Shown: positions 1-10,591 of the stretch, in pieces
How positions within the stretch are numbered: the stretch's first letter is position 1
How the letters are laid out: each line of letters begins with the position of its first letter
Assembly: GCA_965248355.1 (NCBI GenBank)
Contig: OZ252098.1
Span: 1,984,001-2,048,000, forward strand
Direction of reading: 5' to 3'
From: Candidatus Latescibacterota bacterium
GTDB lineage: Bacteria; Latescibacterota; UBA2968; UBA8231
DNA: 64,000 nucleotides
Position numbers and translations under genes: made by a program
Notes under the pieces: generated by a model
The model's database searches: none
The model's input: the letters and a program-made list of their open reading frames with translations, nothing else
What the model was told of the DNA's origin: nothing

Positions 1-1
1 G

Positions 2-121
2 TACGAGAGCTACGACAGATCCGAGATTCGCAGGCAGGCCGAGGAGCGCTACGACTACCGCAGGGTGGCCGGCGAGCTGCATGCCCTCTACAAGGAGGTA
101 CTCGCCCGCCATGAGGCTTGA
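2..121 (+). CDS. Glycosyltransferase (GT4-like), C-terminal fragment; gene begins before the window
   Basis: Frame from nt 2 reads YESYDRSEIRRQAEERYDYRRVAGELHALYKEVLARHEA-TGA, a typical GT-B C-terminal helix; lies next to polysaccharide genes. Confidence 0.65.
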   Translation, partial: YESYDRSEIRRQAEERYDYRRVAGELHALYKEVLARHEA

Positions 122-282
122 GCCGGGTCTACGCCTGCCTCGAACGGATGACCGCTATCGGCCCGAGTCGGGCGGAGTATCCGATATGAAGAGTGCGTCG
201 GATCGACTCCCGGCATGTTCGCGCTGCCAGGTCGCAACGACGGATCCCGGAGGGGCGCCCGGCCCGGTGATCGGTCCGTCCG

Positions 283-1032
283 TCAGCCGGGCGGCCTCTC
301 CAGTTGCACCACCACCAGCCAGGCTTGGCGCTGGACGAGGGGGAGGCGCAAGAGGATCCCGTCGAGCCACTGCAGGACAGCGAGCAGCCCCCTGAACCCC
401 GGTACTCTCCGAAAGGGGACGGCCATCAGCGTGCAGAGAGCGTAGTAGCGAATGCGCGCTTCCTGGAAGTACCCGGCCAGCGTTCTCAGGTCGCGCGCCA
501 GGAGAGGGTGCTCGTCCTCGGAGCGCATCCTGGGCGTGAGCTTGCGGTAGAGATTGATCAGCAGGTTGTGCCCCATGGGCTCGAAGAACACGGCTCGGCC
601 TTCCGGCTTGAGTACACGGACCAGCTCCCGGCAGGCGGCATGCAGATCGAGGTGATGGAGGATGCCGCTTCCGCAGACGAGATCGAAGCGGTCATCGGGG
701 AAGGCCAGCGCCTCGGCGTTCATGACATGAAAGGAGAGCCGGTCTTCCAGCCCCCCTTCGCACGCCCGGGTGACGGCCTGCCGAATGCCCTTCCGGGAAA
801 GGTCGATACCGACGACTTCGGCTCCGAGGCGGGCCAGGGCAAAGGCGTGACTGCCCCTGCCGCACCCGTATTCGAGAACCCTCCGGCCGGCGCAGTCCCG
901 GTCGATCAGGCCGTGGTAGTGGCCTTTGGCGGCCGAGGCGACCTCGTAGAACTTGCCGGCGGGGGCCCGGATGTTGTCGGCGAAGGCCTGGTCGTGAAAC
1001 CGCGCCTCTCTCCGCAAGCGGGCGTCGCTCAT
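283..1032 (-). CDS. Class I SAM-dependent methyltransferase
   Basis: VLEYGCGRG motif I, FDLVCG, ILHHL and VLKPEGR motifs; ATG at 1032 overlaps the upstream stop (ATGA). Confidence 0.88.
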   Translation of the reverse strand: MSDARLRREARFHDQAFADNIRAPAGKFYEVASAAKGHYHGLIDRDCAGRRVLEYGCGRGSHAFALARLGAEVVGIDLSRKGIRQAVTRACEGGLEDRLSFHVMNAEALAFPDDRFDLVCGSGILHHLDLHAACRELVRVLKPEGRAVFFEPMGHNLLINLYRKLTPRMRSEDEHPLLARDLRTLAGYFQEARIRYYALCTLMAVPFRRVPGFRGLLAVLQWLDGILLRLPLVQRQAWLVVVQLERPPG

Positions 1033-2144
1033 GGGCTGCCGGAACTTAGGATGGTGTCGTAGAGACGCAGCAGCTTCTCCGCCTGGGTGTCCCAGTTGTA
1101 CGTGGTCAGCGCCGCGTCCCTCCCCCTTTCCCCCATGAGCCGCGCCGCCTCCGGATTCTCCCACAGGTAGCGCACCGCCTCCACGGCCTCCTCCTCCTTT
1201 TCCGGATCGACGCAGATCCCGCATTCGGCCCCTTCGACGATCCGGCGCAGGTTGGGAAAGTCGGCGCAGACCACGGGAAGGCCGAAGGCCATGTACTCGA
1301 AGATCTTGGTCAGCTCCTTGCGCCGGGTGTGCCGGCTGGGGGGAAAGAGGGCGAGGCCCGCGGTCCAGCTTTCTCGCAGGTAGTACGAGACGATGCGCTC
1401 GTGGGGCACGTGGCCCCCCACGCCTTCGAGGTGGAGGCGCGCCCCGTCGGTGCCAGCCTGCAGGTCAGCCGCCAGGCGCGGGTCGCACCGGCCCACGAGG
1501 AAGAGCTCGGCGTCGGGCAGGTGCTCCAGGAGCCGGGCGTGTCGGTGCGCCCCTCGGTAGGTCGTGACGTTGCCGGTATAGATGAGCCGCGGACTCCCGG
1601 CACGGGACCGGGAAGCGAGTTGGTCTTCGTCCAGGGTGGGGAACCGGACGTAGTTCAGAATCGCTTCGCCGCGGGGGAAGCGCTCGGCGTAGTATCGCTC
1701 CGCCAGGACGAGGTGGAAGTGCCGGCTGGCGCCCTCTTCGACCCAGGCAAGGGCCCCGGCGATCAAGGCGCGTATCCAGGAGGGCAGGTACTCCCGTTCC
1801 TGGAGGGCCGTGTGGTTGTCCTCGTGGATGTCATAGATCACGGGCTTTCCCAGCAGCCGCAACAGCAGGCCGGCGGGGATGAGCTCCGGGTCGTGGAAGT
1901 GATAGAGCTCGGCGGGCGTCGCCAGGGCCTTGAGAAAGGCGCGGCCGACTCCAAGGCTCATGCGCCTGAGCCTGTGGCCGCACCGCGGCAGGCCGCCGAC
2001 GCGGATGCCCTCGATCACCGCACCCTCCCCCGGGGCCAGGAGCACCACTTCGTGGCCGGCAGCGGCCAGGCTCATGCACTCCCGATGAAAGACGCGGTTG
2101 TCGAAAGGGTCGTGGACCGTCGTGAGGTGGACGATTCTGGACAC
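1029..2144 (-). CDS. Glycosyltransferase family 4
   Basis: HDPFDNRVFHRE, HFHDPEL, YDIHE and KIFEYMAFGLPVV motifs. Confidence 0.9.
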   Translation of the reverse strand: MSRIVHLTTVHDPFDNRVFHRECMSLAAAGHEVVLLAPGEGAVIEGIRVGGLPRCGHRLRRMSLGVGRAFLKALATPAELYHFHDPELIPAGLLLRLLGKPVIYDIHEDNHTALQEREYLPSWIRALIAGALAWVEEGASRHFHLVLAERYYAERFPRGEAILNYVRFPTLDEDQLASRSRAGSPRLIYTGNVTTYRGAHRHARLLEHLPDAELFLVGRCDPRLAADLQAGTDGARLHLEGVGGHVPHERIVSYYLRESWTAGLALFPPSRHTRRKELTKIFEYMAFGLPVVCADFPNLRRIVEGAECGICVDPEKEEEAVEAVRYLWENPEAARLMGERGRDAALTTYNWDTQAEKLLRLYDTILSSGSP

Positions 2145-2289
2145 CCTGTCTCACTACCCTGGGCCCCGAAGGGGTCGGAATGGAGCCGCAGCCAGCCCCC
2201 GGGGCGTTCCGAGACCCCGGGCCTGCGTCCCCCCGCGCTCCGGCAGGGAACCCTCTACCGGCGCACTCTCATGTGGAATCGCCTGACTC

Positions 2290-3468
2290 TCACGTGCTCT
2301 CCCTGCGCTCTTCGAGCCAGCGACGGTGAAGGTCACGCACGTAACCCACTCCCAAGGCATAGAAAACGAAGGCAAAGAGACTCAGCACGCCCGTCACCAG
2401 GACGATCACCATCCGCTGCGGCCTGGCCTTGATCTCGGGGGGCAGCGCCGGATCGAGGATCTGCACCGTGGACGTCGTGTTCTTGGCCTCGATGAGCGCC
2501 TCGGCCTCCTGCTGCAGCAGGAGCTGCAGCAGGGCCTTTTGCACCAGCACGTCCTTTTCCAGGGTCGCGAACTGCTGGGCCACTCCCGGGATCTGCTTCA
2601 GGGGCAGAAAGAGGTTCTCGTCCAGCTCCAACTGCAGGGTCTTCTTGGGCAGGTCGCCTCCTGCATCGAGCCCGTCCCGCAGGAACGCCATGGCCTCCTG
2701 ACGCAACAGGATCTCCTGCTGCAGCTTCTTCACTTTGCCGTGACTGGCGTCCAGCCCCGAGAGAATAAACCCCTGACGGCGGATCGCCAGCTCCATGGCC
2801 TCGGTCTGCATCCAGGCGGCGACCCGGATCACCGCCCGGGCCTGGTCCTGGATGGAGATGGCGTTGTACTCGGACTGGAACTCCTCCAGCTTCTCCATCT
2901 TTTCTAGGAGCTTGTTGTCCTCCTCCTTCAGAAGCCTGCGGATGAAGTCGAGGCGCTCGGAGGCGGTCTTCTGGGAGATCTGCTTGTTGGTGAGGTCCAG
3001 CAACTCGATGTAGAAAGTGGCCATGTCGGCGGCCCTCTGCGGATCCCGGTCGAGAACCGCAATGGCGATCGTGCCTTCTTCGGTCTTGTCCACAATCGTC
3101 TTGACCGCCAGGACCTCGATGGCATCGGTCATCGTCTCGACTTCGTAGAGCTGCAGCAGATCGAATCTCTCCACCATCTGCCGCCGTGTCCTCTGGCTCT
3201 TGAGGGTGGCGATGAAGATGTCGGCCGGCGTCCCCTTCTCGCCCAGGCGCAGGGTCGGGATCGGCAGGGCCGAGAGCAGATCGGAAAAACCGAACCCCTG
3301 CTTCTGCTCCTTGGGCGGCAGGATCTGCGCCCTCGCCTCGTACTCCTCCGGCACCAGAAAACTGAGGGCCCCGGCCAGCACGCACAGGGCCAGGGTGCCG
3401 CCAAGGATCAGGCCCCGGCCCGCGTACAGAGCGGCCAGGAGGTCGAGGAAATCCCTTTCTCTTTCCAT
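2290..3468 (-). CDS. Wzz/GumC-type polysaccharide co-polymerase (chain-length determinant)
   Basis: N- and C-terminal TM helices, coiled-coil periplasmic region, VQILDPALPP-x5-P proline motif; no kinase domain. Confidence 0.85.
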   Translation of the reverse strand: MERERDFLDLLAALYAGRGLILGGTLALCVLAGALSFLVPEEYEARAQILPPKEQKQGFGFSDLLSALPIPTLRLGEKGTPADIFIATLKSQRTRRQMVERFDLLQLYEVETMTDAIEVLAVKTIVDKTEEGTIAIAVLDRDPQRAADMATFYIELLDLTNKQISQKTASERLDFIRRLLKEEDNKLLEKMEKLEEFQSEYNAISIQDQARAVIRVAAWMQTEAMELAIRRQGFILSGLDASHGKVKKLQQEILLRQEAMAFLRDGLDAGGDLPKKTLQLELDENLFLPLKQIPGVAQQFATLEKDVLVQKALLQLLLQQEAEALIEAKNTTSTVQILDPALPPEIKARPQRMVIVLVTGVLSLFAFVFYALGVGYVRDLHRRWLEERREST

Positions 3469-3489
3469 CTTGGGAGTGCTCCTTGAGGG

Positions 3490-5262
3490 TTACTGGAGGG
3501 ATCGTACCAGGACCACGAGGGTCAGGGCCTCGGCGACGGTTCGCATCGTCCCCTGTGTGAATTCCCAGATATTGACTCGCTCCTTCTGCGGCACCCAGAT
3601 CTCGTCGCCGGCCTCGGCCACCAGATCGTTGTCCAGCTCCTCGCGGAGCCCGCTGCGCGCCCGGATGAGTCGGGCCCCTCCCCGGTTCGCGTCGTACGAG
3701 TATCCACCTGCCTTCTCCAGGTAGTAGCGGATGTCGCGCCCCTCCTCGTAGTCGATCAGGCCGGGCTTCCTCACCTGGCCACTGACGCTGATCGTGCGCC
3801 GCAGGGGTGGGATGTAGATGACGTCGCCGCTCTCGAGCGGGATGTTCTGCTCCTCGTCATTCTCCCTGAAGAGCCTCTCGAAATCGACGGCCACCCGAGC
3901 CTTCTCCTCGCGGCCCTTGGTCTTGAGATAGGCCCGGTCCTCGCCGCTCATGTCGGCCAGCCCCGTGACCCTGGACAGGCTCCGCAGCCGCTCCAGCTCC
4001 GGGTCGATCAGGCCGCGCAGCCGGGTGCGGATCACCTTGGCGCCGACCAGGGAGGCCTGCCCGGTCAGGCCGCCGGCCAGGGCCACCAGGTCCCTGACCC
4101 GGGTGACCCCCGGGACGATGCGGTAGCGGCCCCGGTACTTGACCTGACCATAGACCATCGCGGTGGGCATGTGCTGCCATTGCGCACGGGCGCGGATGAA
4201 GACCATGTCGTTGGGTTGCAGCGCGAAGTGGCGAATGTCCTCGTAGGAGAAACCCTTCTCCCCGGCCTGGTTGCTGCCCAACTCGATGATCTCCGCCTCC
4301 TCGGTCCCCTCCTTGAAGCGCGATAGCTCGACCCTGACCAGCGGCGCGGCGCGGCGCAGCCCCTTGGCCAGATTCACAAGGTCCTCGATGGTGTCCCCGG
4401 GCCGGTACTCCTTCTCGCCCTCCTGGTTGACCGCCCCGAAGACGAACATCCTCGTGTCCCGGTAGACCACGTTGACCACGTCCCCCATGCGCACGTAGGG
4501 GTTGAGGGCGATGTCCCCCGTGGAGTGGAACATGTCGAGATCGACGAAGTCGCCGGTGCCGTCCCGATGTATCAGCTGGATCGAACGCCGGGAGGTGGGC
4601 TGCTCGATGATCTGGCGCACACGGGTGACCTTCTTTCCGCCCACCTCGTCCTCAAAGGTCGTCCCCCGCAACTCGTCGGTGAAACCGCCGGCCCGCTGGA
4701 TCAGGTCCGAGACCCGGGTGGTGGGGTGGATGGTGTAGCTGCCCTCGTTCAGCACCGCGCCGGTGACATAGGCGGTGAAGAAGCGCATGCTCGCCAGGGT
4801 GAGGGTGATCTCCACCCCTGGGTACTTCTCCCCCGCCGCGCCGAGGATGCGTCTCTTCGCCTCGGCCAGGGACAGGCCCGAGACGTCGAAGGCGCCCACC
4901 GTGGGAATGAGGACGTTGCCCACCGGATCGACCTGCACCATGTAGGAGAGGTCGAACTCACCCCAGATATAGAGCTGCAGGACGTCGCCGGGACCGACGA
5001 TGTAGGTCTCCGGGTCGACCTCGCGGTCCTGGCTGATGCGCAGCTTCTCCACCTCCTCGCCGGTGGGCAGGCGGATCTTGCCGGAGACCAGGTCCTGCCC
5101 GAGCCCCGGCAGGTCGGCTCCGGGGATCTGCTGCAGTTCGGCTTCTTCCTCCGCGCCCTGCTCCACCAGCCTTTGCAGCTCTTCCTCGCCCTGAGGATGG
5201 GCAGGCCCCGCCAAGCCGTGAAGCATCAGAGCAAGAGCGAGGCCGAGAATCCTGGTCACCAT
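3490..5262 (-). CDS. Polysaccharide export protein with Poly_export and multiple SLBB domains (Wza/KpsD-like)
   Basis: Signal peptide, YIVGPGDVLQLYIWG, repeated V.G.V..PG and AGG SLBB motifs; GGAGG SD before ATG 5262. Confidence 0.88.
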   Translation of the reverse strand: MVTRILGLALALMLHGLAGPAHPQGEEELQRLVEQGAEEEAELQQIPGADLPGLGQDLVSGKIRLPTGEEVEKLRISQDREVDPETYIVGPGDVLQLYIWGEFDLSYMVQVDPVGNVLIPTVGAFDVSGLSLAEAKRRILGAAGEKYPGVEITLTLASMRFFTAYVTGAVLNEGSYTIHPTTRVSDLIQRAGGFTDELRGTTFEDEVGGKKVTRVRQIIEQPTSRRSIQLIHRDGTGDFVDLDMFHSTGDIALNPYVRMGDVVNVVYRDTRMFVFGAVNQEGEKEYRPGDTIEDLVNLAKGLRRAAPLVRVELSRFKEGTEEAEIIELGSNQAGEKGFSYEDIRHFALQPNDMVFIRARAQWQHMPTAMVYGQVKYRGRYRIVPGVTRVRDLVALAGGLTGQASLVGAKVIRTRLRGLIDPELERLRSLSRVTGLADMSGEDRAYLKTKGREEKARVAVDFERLFRENDEEQNIPLESGDVIYIPPLRRTISVSGQVRKPGLIDYEEGRDIRYYLEKAGGYSYDANRGGARLIRARSGLREELDNDLVAEAGDEIWVPQKERVNIWEFTQGTMRTVAEALTLVVLVRSLQ

Positions 5263-5473
5263 GCTTCCTCCTATCGCCGATTGATCGGCTTGGTTTGTAT
5301 CGTCCGGGGGCAGGGTTCCGCGTACCGGTCGACCGCAACGGAGGGCGGAACACCTCCCCTCCACGGTCCCGCAGCTTCAGAGGAGTCGAGCCCCGGCACG
5401 GCTCCTGGCCGGCTGGCCGCAGCTCCGGTGGGCGATCCTCTCACGGGGTGGCAGGCGGAGCGCGACCTCCGGC

Positions 5474-6406
5474 TCAGGGCTCGTACGGCGCGCCCGTGCG
5501 GCGCAGGGACCTGGTCACCGCAAGCTGCACCGTGATGTAGGCGCCCGGTCGGGGACGGCCGCGGGCGCTCAGGTCCCCGGCCGAATAGCCGGGCCGGGCG
5601 TCGGCGATGGTGCCCACGATCAGGTTGGCCTGCTCCACCGTGCAGTCGTAGCGGTCGGCGATGAGCGCCACCATGTCGATCCAGGCCGCCTTCACCGCCT
5701 CCTGCCAGTTGCCCCCCTGGCCGCTGGTGAGCCACTCCTCCCCGTCCTCGACGGGTCGGCTCTTCTCCACCACCGGGGCGTGGCACGGAAACCCCGGCGA
5801 CCGGTCCACCTTCAGGGTCACCGCCGAGTCGATCTCCACCCCGGTGCCGGTGAGCTCGCCGTCGCCCATGCGGGCGTGCACGTCGGTGAGCAGGAAGAGG
5901 CCGCCTCTCTTCTGGGCGCGGATGTGCACGGTGCTTCCCGGCTGGACCGAGTTGTAGTCCAGGTTGCCGCCCGTGTCGATCTCGTACGGGGCCACCGACT
6001 CCAGGCGCACGTAGCCGATCATGGGACGCGCGGGCACGACGAAGTCGGGCGGGAAGTGCACGAGCCCGTCGCGCACCGGGGCCACGCAGCGCATGCTGCC
6101 CCACAGGGGTCCGCCGTTTCGGTAGAACCCGTACGGCCCGACCTCGATGTCGATGATCTCCAGGGAGAGCCAGTCCCCGGCCTCGATCCCCTCCACGTAG
6201 AAGGGACCGCCCTGCCGGGCGTCGCGCTTCTCGCGGACCTCGAAGACCGCCCCCGGCATGAGGCTGTCCTGGTTCGAGTAGTCCTGGTCGTGGCCGCCCA
6301 CCGTCTCGACGACCACCGTCTCTCCGAGCTGCAGCCGGCCGCGGACCTGGCCGCGCTCCGGGTCGTCGGGGCCGGTGTAGAAGGGTGTGCGCGTGAACCG
6401 TCTCAT
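5474..6406 (-). CDS. Acetamidase/formamidase family protein
   Basis: GPFYVEGIEAGD, PMIG, GGNLD and DVHARMGDGELTGTGVE motifs. Confidence 0.85.
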   Translation of the reverse strand: MRRFTRTPFYTGPDDPERGQVRGRLQLGETVVVETVGGHDQDYSNQDSLMPGAVFEVREKRDARQGGPFYVEGIEAGDWLSLEIIDIEVGPYGFYRNGGPLWGSMRCVAPVRDGLVHFPPDFVVPARPMIGYVRLESVAPYEIDTGGNLDYNSVQPGSTVHIRAQKRGGLFLLTDVHARMGDGELTGTGVEIDSAVTLKVDRSPGFPCHAPVVEKSRPVEDGEEWLTSGQGGNWQEAVKAAWIDMVALIADRYDCTVEQANLIVGTIADARPGYSAGDLSARGRPRPGAYITVQLAVTRSLRRTGAPYEP

Positions 6407-6537
6407 GGGGCTGTCCCTGGTTCAGTCTTCAGTCCCGGCTGAGCGGACGGGTGCGAGCGGCGACCGCTGAGGCCGCCGTCCACCCATGCGAAACTCCGCA
6501 GGGACGGCCGCCAGGGCAAGGCGCCGTCCCCGGAGCG

Positions 6538-7539
6538 TCACCATGGAAGGGGGACATCCAGGTACCGGCTCAGATCCAGCGCCGCCCTCTGCTCCGGTTC
6601 TCCGAAGCGGATCCCCTCGCGGCGGTGCCGGTCCATGACGCGCTCCTCCACGTGCCCGGGGAGCAGCACCTCGTCGTATCCCGGCAGGGGGGCGAAGTTC
6701 TCGCGGATGGCGCGCACGTAGCGGTCCACCTCGCCGGTGAACGCCTCGCCGGGCAGGAGGCTGGCCACGTGGATGGCCAGGACCATGCCGCCGAGATTGG
6801 CCGCCGGCCAGCGCTCGGCGATCTCGTCCCCCTCCGGGAGCGTGACTCCGGCCAGGGCGCCGCCCATGAGGGTGGCCGCCGCCACCAGGCCCATGCTCTT
6901 GAAGAACGTGGCCGGCACCCTCTCGAGCAGGCCGGCCACCTGGTCGCGGCTTTCGCCGGAGACGGCGTGGGCCACCATGTCGAGGACGATGCCGGGCTCA
7001 TCGCCGGCGGGGATGGCGAAGGACATGGGAGGCGCCCCGGTCCAGCCCGCCGACGGCTTGGGATCCTGGCCCGGCTGGCCGCCGGAGCCGCGGTATCCCT
7101 GCACCGAGAAGCCGATGCACCCGGCCTCCATGCACAGGCGCGTGTAGTGGCCGGCCGACCCGTAGTGGCCGATGCCGCGGACGAGCCCGAGGCCGACGCC
7201 GGCGGACTTGGCCTTCTCGATGGCCTTGTCGGTGGCCAGCATGGAAGGCACGTACCCGAGGGATCCGTCGCCGTCGACGATGGCCGTGGTCGCCGTCTCG
7301 TGGGCGACCTGAATGCGGGGATCGGGGTTGAGGCGGCCCTCCCGGAAGTGGCGGCAGTACCCGGGGACGAAGCCGATGCCGTGGCTGCGCACGCCGCGCA
7401 GCTCCGAGTTGGTCAGCAGGCGCGCCGTCCGCGCCGCGTGCTCCCGGCTCTTCATCCCCGACTTGACCAGGCACTCGGTGAGGAAGGCCAGCTCGCGCTC
7501 CTCGGCGACCCGGACGTACTCCCCGGGCGGGCGGTTCAC
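6538..7539 (-). CDS. Ldh_2 (malate/L-lactate/ureidoglycolate dehydrogenase-like) oxidoreductase
   Basis: RGVRSHG, VDGDGSLG, HYGSAGHY and C-terminal VLLPG motifs; GTG at 7539 overlaps the upstream stop. Confidence 0.85.
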   Translation of the reverse strand: MNRPPGEYVRVAEERELAFLTECLVKSGMKSREHAARTARLLTNSELRGVRSHGIGFVPGYCRHFREGRLNPDPRIQVAHETATTAIVDGDGSLGYVPSMLATDKAIEKAKSAGVGLGLVRGIGHYGSAGHYTRLCMEAGCIGFSVQGYRGSGGQPGQDPKPSAGWTGAPPMSFAIPAGDEPGIVLDMVAHAVSGESRDQVAGLLERVPATFFKSMGLVAAATLMGGALAGVTLPEGDEIAERWPAANLGGMVLAIHVASLLPGEAFTGEVDRYVRAIRENFAPLPGYDEVLLPGHVEERVMDRHRREGIRFGEPEQRAALDLSRYLDVPLPW

Positions 7540-8342
7540 GAGCCGTCGCCGGCGAGGCGGCACAGCTGGGCGGCGGCCAGGGTCAGCACCTCGCGGTCGT
7601 CGCAGGCGTTGGCGTCCTTGCCCTCGAAGACGACCCCCAGGGTACCGTTGAAGCCGGCGGCGGCGAGGATGTCGACGATGCGGTCGTAGTCGAGCCACTC
7701 CTCGCGGCCGGAGTCGATCTTGTAGAACTTGGCGCGCACGTGGGAGGCGTGGTGCGCCGTCTGCTCCATGTACCGGTAGATGTCGTGGTCGGGGTCGGGC
7801 TCACCCCGGGTGCGCGCCGGCGAGCCCTCCCACTGGCCGGTGTCGAGGATGAAGGTGAAGTTGTCGCGCCCCACCTCGTCGAACAGCCTCAGGACCCCGT
7901 CTCCGGTGCACGGGTGGTTCTGCAGGCCCACGGCGACGCTGTGCGAGGCCGCGTAGTCGCAGCAGGCCTGGAAGCTCTCCACCTCCCGGCGCCCGGCGCC
8001 GGCGTCCTGAGGCGTGGAGCCGCAGAACACGCGCACCATGGGCGCGCCCAGGGCGACGGCCACGTCCACGTCCGTGCGCACCCGCTCGACCTTCTCCTGC
8101 AACTCGGCCTCGGTGCCCACGAAGTGCCCGCCCGTGGCCAGGTAGCCGATGCTCAGCCCCTTGCGCAGGCAGTTCATCTTGGTCTGGAGCAGGTATCCGG
8201 ACCCGTGCTCCTCGAAGCCGACGTCGCTGCGCAGGTCGATCACGTCGAGGCGCAGGTCGTAGGCCAGGTCGATGAAACTCTCGATGTCGGGGAAGCTGTT
8301 GCGGTCCTTGCCGAACATCGAAGCGTACAGACCTACCTTCAT
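7536..8342 (-). CDS. Sugar phosphate isomerase/epimerase (xylose isomerase-like TIM barrel)
   Basis: ALGAPMVRVF, LQNH, LDTG and DYDRIVDIL...FEG motifs. Confidence 0.8.
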   Translation of the reverse strand: MKVGLYASMFGKDRNSFPDIESFIDLAYDLRLDVIDLRSDVGFEEHGSGYLLQTKMNCLRKGLSIGYLATGGHFVGTEAELQEKVERVRTDVDVAVALGAPMVRVFCGSTPQDAGAGRREVESFQACCDYAASHSVAVGLQNHPCTGDGVLRLFDEVGRDNFTFILDTGQWEGSPARTRGEPDPDHDIYRYMEQTAHHASHVRAKFYKIDSGREEWLDYDRIVDILAAAGFNGTLGVVFEGKDANACDDREVLTLAAAQLCRLAGDGS

Positions 8343-8494
8343 TCCGGGTTCTCCTCCGAGATCGGTGTGGTGCAGTTCTCTTGGAACGGCGCCGGTGGAA
8401 ACAACGTCGCCGACATCGGGTAGACAAGAGGGGCCGGGGCGGACAGTTTTCCGGGCTCCACCGTCACCTACCCAGCAACCGAAGGCAGGTACCC

Positions 8495-9730
8495 ATGTCC
8501 TCCCACCGCATCACCGCCGTCGACGTCATCCCCATCTTCCCGAGGCTGGCCCGCCGCTACGCCGACCGCGTGGTCGACCTCTACGGCATCGACTGCCGCC
8601 TCCTGTTCCGGGTGGCCACCGATTCCGGACTCGTGGGCTGGGGGGACCATCGCGTCCGCCCCTGGTACACGCCGCCCGCCGACATGGGCCGGGAGCTCGT
8701 CGGCCGCGACCCCTTCGACTTCCTCAACGGCAACCTGTCCGGCGGCCTGAACACGGCGGCCTACGACCTGATGGGCAAGTGCCTGGAGGTGCCGGCCTGG
8801 AAGCTGATGGGGCCCAAGCGGCGGGACTGGGTGCCGGTGGCGGCGTGGACGAGACCCGCCTCGCCGGAGCACTTCGCCGCCGAGATCCAGAGGGCCGCCA
8901 GCCAGGGCTACCGGATCTTCAAGATCCACACCTGCAGCTACCACGATCTCTTCGAGCAGACGAAGGCGGCCGAGGCGGTGGCCCCCGAGGGCTTCCGCAT
9001 CCACTTCGACTTCAACCACAACCGCTCCCTCGGGGCGGTGCTGCCCATCGTGGCCGAGCTGGAGCGCAACCACCCCATCGTCGGCTACATCGAGGACCCG
9101 ATCCTCAAGGGCGACCTCGAGGGCTGGGCGGCCCTGCGCCGCAAGAGCCGCATCCCCATCATCATGCACGGCACGCCCCACGGCGGCGTGCTGGAGTACC
9201 GGCAGGACCAGGCCGACATCTACATGATCGGCGGCACCATGTACGAGACCATGACCACGGGCTGGGCCCTGGGCCGGGCCAACATCCAGGTGATCCTGCA
9301 GCACGAGTCGGGCACCCTGGGCAAGGCCATGGCCATGCACATGGCCGCCGTCCTGCCGAGCCACTCGGCCCACTCCATCAACCTCGACGACCAGTACGAG
9401 GAGGACGTGACCACCGGAACCATCCCCGTCGTCGAGGGATCTTCGCCCGTGCCGACCGGGATCGGCCTGGGGTACGACGTGGACGAGTCCGCCGTGGAGC
9501 GGATGGCGGCGCAGGCGCCGGCCGAGCCCGGCCGCTATCTCGGCGTCCTGCACATGCCCGGGGGCGCCACCTGGTACGGAAGGGGCTACGTCTCCCCGGG
9601 CAGCGTCACCGGCACCGAGGAGGCCGGCATCCGCGGCTTCCGTTCCGAGTTGTGGGAGGACGACGGCACTTCGGAGTTCGAGGAGATGTACGCCCGCGTG
9701 GAGAAGGAGGGACGGGTGCGGGCCTCCTGA
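8495..9730 (+). CDS. Mandelate racemase/muconate lactonizing (enolase superfamily) enzyme
   Basis: ATDSGLVGWG, AAYDLMGK..EVPAWKLMG, DFNH, EDP and PTGIGLG motifs. Confidence 0.88.
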   Translation: MSSHRITAVDVIPIFPRLARRYADRVVDLYGIDCRLLFRVATDSGLVGWGDHRVRPWYTPPADMGRELVGRDPFDFLNGNLSGGLNTAAYDLMGKCLEVPAWKLMGPKRRDWVPVAAWTRPASPEHFAAEIQRAASQGYRIFKIHTCSYHDLFEQTKAAEAVAPEGFRIHFDFNHNRSLGAVLPIVAELERNHPIVGYIEDPILKGDLEGWAALRRKSRIPIIMHGTPHGGVLEYRQDQADIYMIGGTMYETMTTGWALGRANIQVILQHESGTLGKAMAMHMAAVLPSHSAHSINLDDQYEEDVTTGTIPVVEGSSPVPTGIGLGYDVDESAVERMAAQAPAEPGRYLGVLHMPGGATWYGRGYVSPGSVTGTEEAGIRGFRSELWEDDGTSEFEEMYARVEKEGRVRAS

Positions 9731-9749
9731 GCCCCTGGAGGACCTCCGA

Positions 9750-10577
9750 TCAGCGGAGGCCGAAGACCTGCCGAGCCGTCTCCCCCAGCAGCCAGCGGCG
9801 GTCCTCGTCGGTGAGGAAGTCGAGGTGGCGCTGAAAGAGCTCCAGGGCGGGAGCGTACCCCGTGCTGCTGAGCACGCCCGGGAAGTTCGTCCCCCACATG
9901 ACCCGCCGGGGGCCGTAGGCGTCGAACAGCCTCCGGTAGAGATCGAAGGTGTCGCGGTGGGGGAAGGGTTCCTCCGAGCGGTGACCCTGGGGCGTGAACT
10001 TGACGTGGATGCGCTCGTAGCGGGCCAGTCCGACCACGTAGTCGAAGAGGCGCTCGTGCTCGGGGTCGTCGGCCCGGGGAACGCCGCCCACGTGGTCGAG
10101 GACGACCTTGACGCCGGGGAAGCGGGCCACGATCGGCTCCACCACCTCCAGGTGCGCGGCGGGGCCGTAGAGGGTGAAGTTGGCCCCCAGCTCCTCGGCC
10201 TTCCTCCACAAGGGATCCTGGTCCGGCGTCGCCCACAGGGACGGGTGCTCGACCCGTGACGCCAGGTGGATTCGCAGGCCGCAGAACCCATCCTCGCGCA
10301 CCAGCCTCTCGAAGACCTCCACCGCATCCGGCGCCTTCTGATCGATGAGCGCCGTACCCGCGAAGCGGCCCGGGAACCGCCGCAGGCCGTCGGCGACGTA
10401 GCGGTTGTCGTACAGGTACGGGATCGCCTGCACCATCACGGCCTGATCGACGCCGGCGGCGGCCATGTGCTCGTTGAGGAGCTCCACCGGCGCCGCCTCG
10501 CGGGGCTCGCGCCCTGCGGCCACGGGAAAGCGCTCCAGGTCCGCGCTCCAGACGTGCAGATGGCTGTCGACGATCAT
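9750..10577 (-). CDS. Amidohydrolase family protein (Amidohydro_2, lactonase-like)
   Basis: MIVDSHLHVW, VVLDHVG and RVMWGTNFP motifs; start taken at ATG 10577 inside a longer spurious ORF. Confidence 0.88.
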   Translation of the reverse strand: MIVDSHLHVWSADLERFPVAAGREPREAAPVELLNEHMAAAGVDQAVMVQAIPYLYDNRYVADGLRRFPGRFAGTALIDQKAPDAVEVFERLVREDGFCGLRIHLASRVEHPSLWATPDQDPLWRKAEELGANFTLYGPAAHLEVVEPIVARFPGVKVVLDHVGGVPRADDPEHERLFDYVVGLARYERIHVKFTPQGHRSEEPFPHRDTFDLYRRLFDAYGPRRVMWGTNFPGVLSSTGYAPALELFQRHLDFLTDEDRRWLLGETARQVFGLR

Positions 10578-10591
10578 CGGGCTCTCACCTC

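Noticed and set aside
5263..5473. 210-nt leader of the polysaccharide export gene as a riboswitch or ops/JUMPstart element
   Set aside because: No GGCGGTAG ops match or recognisable riboswitch consensus
6501..6530. 8-bp inverted repeat GGGACGGC/GCCGTCCC after the Ldh_2 gene
   Set aside because: No U tract and a long loop; could be chance in GC-rich DNA
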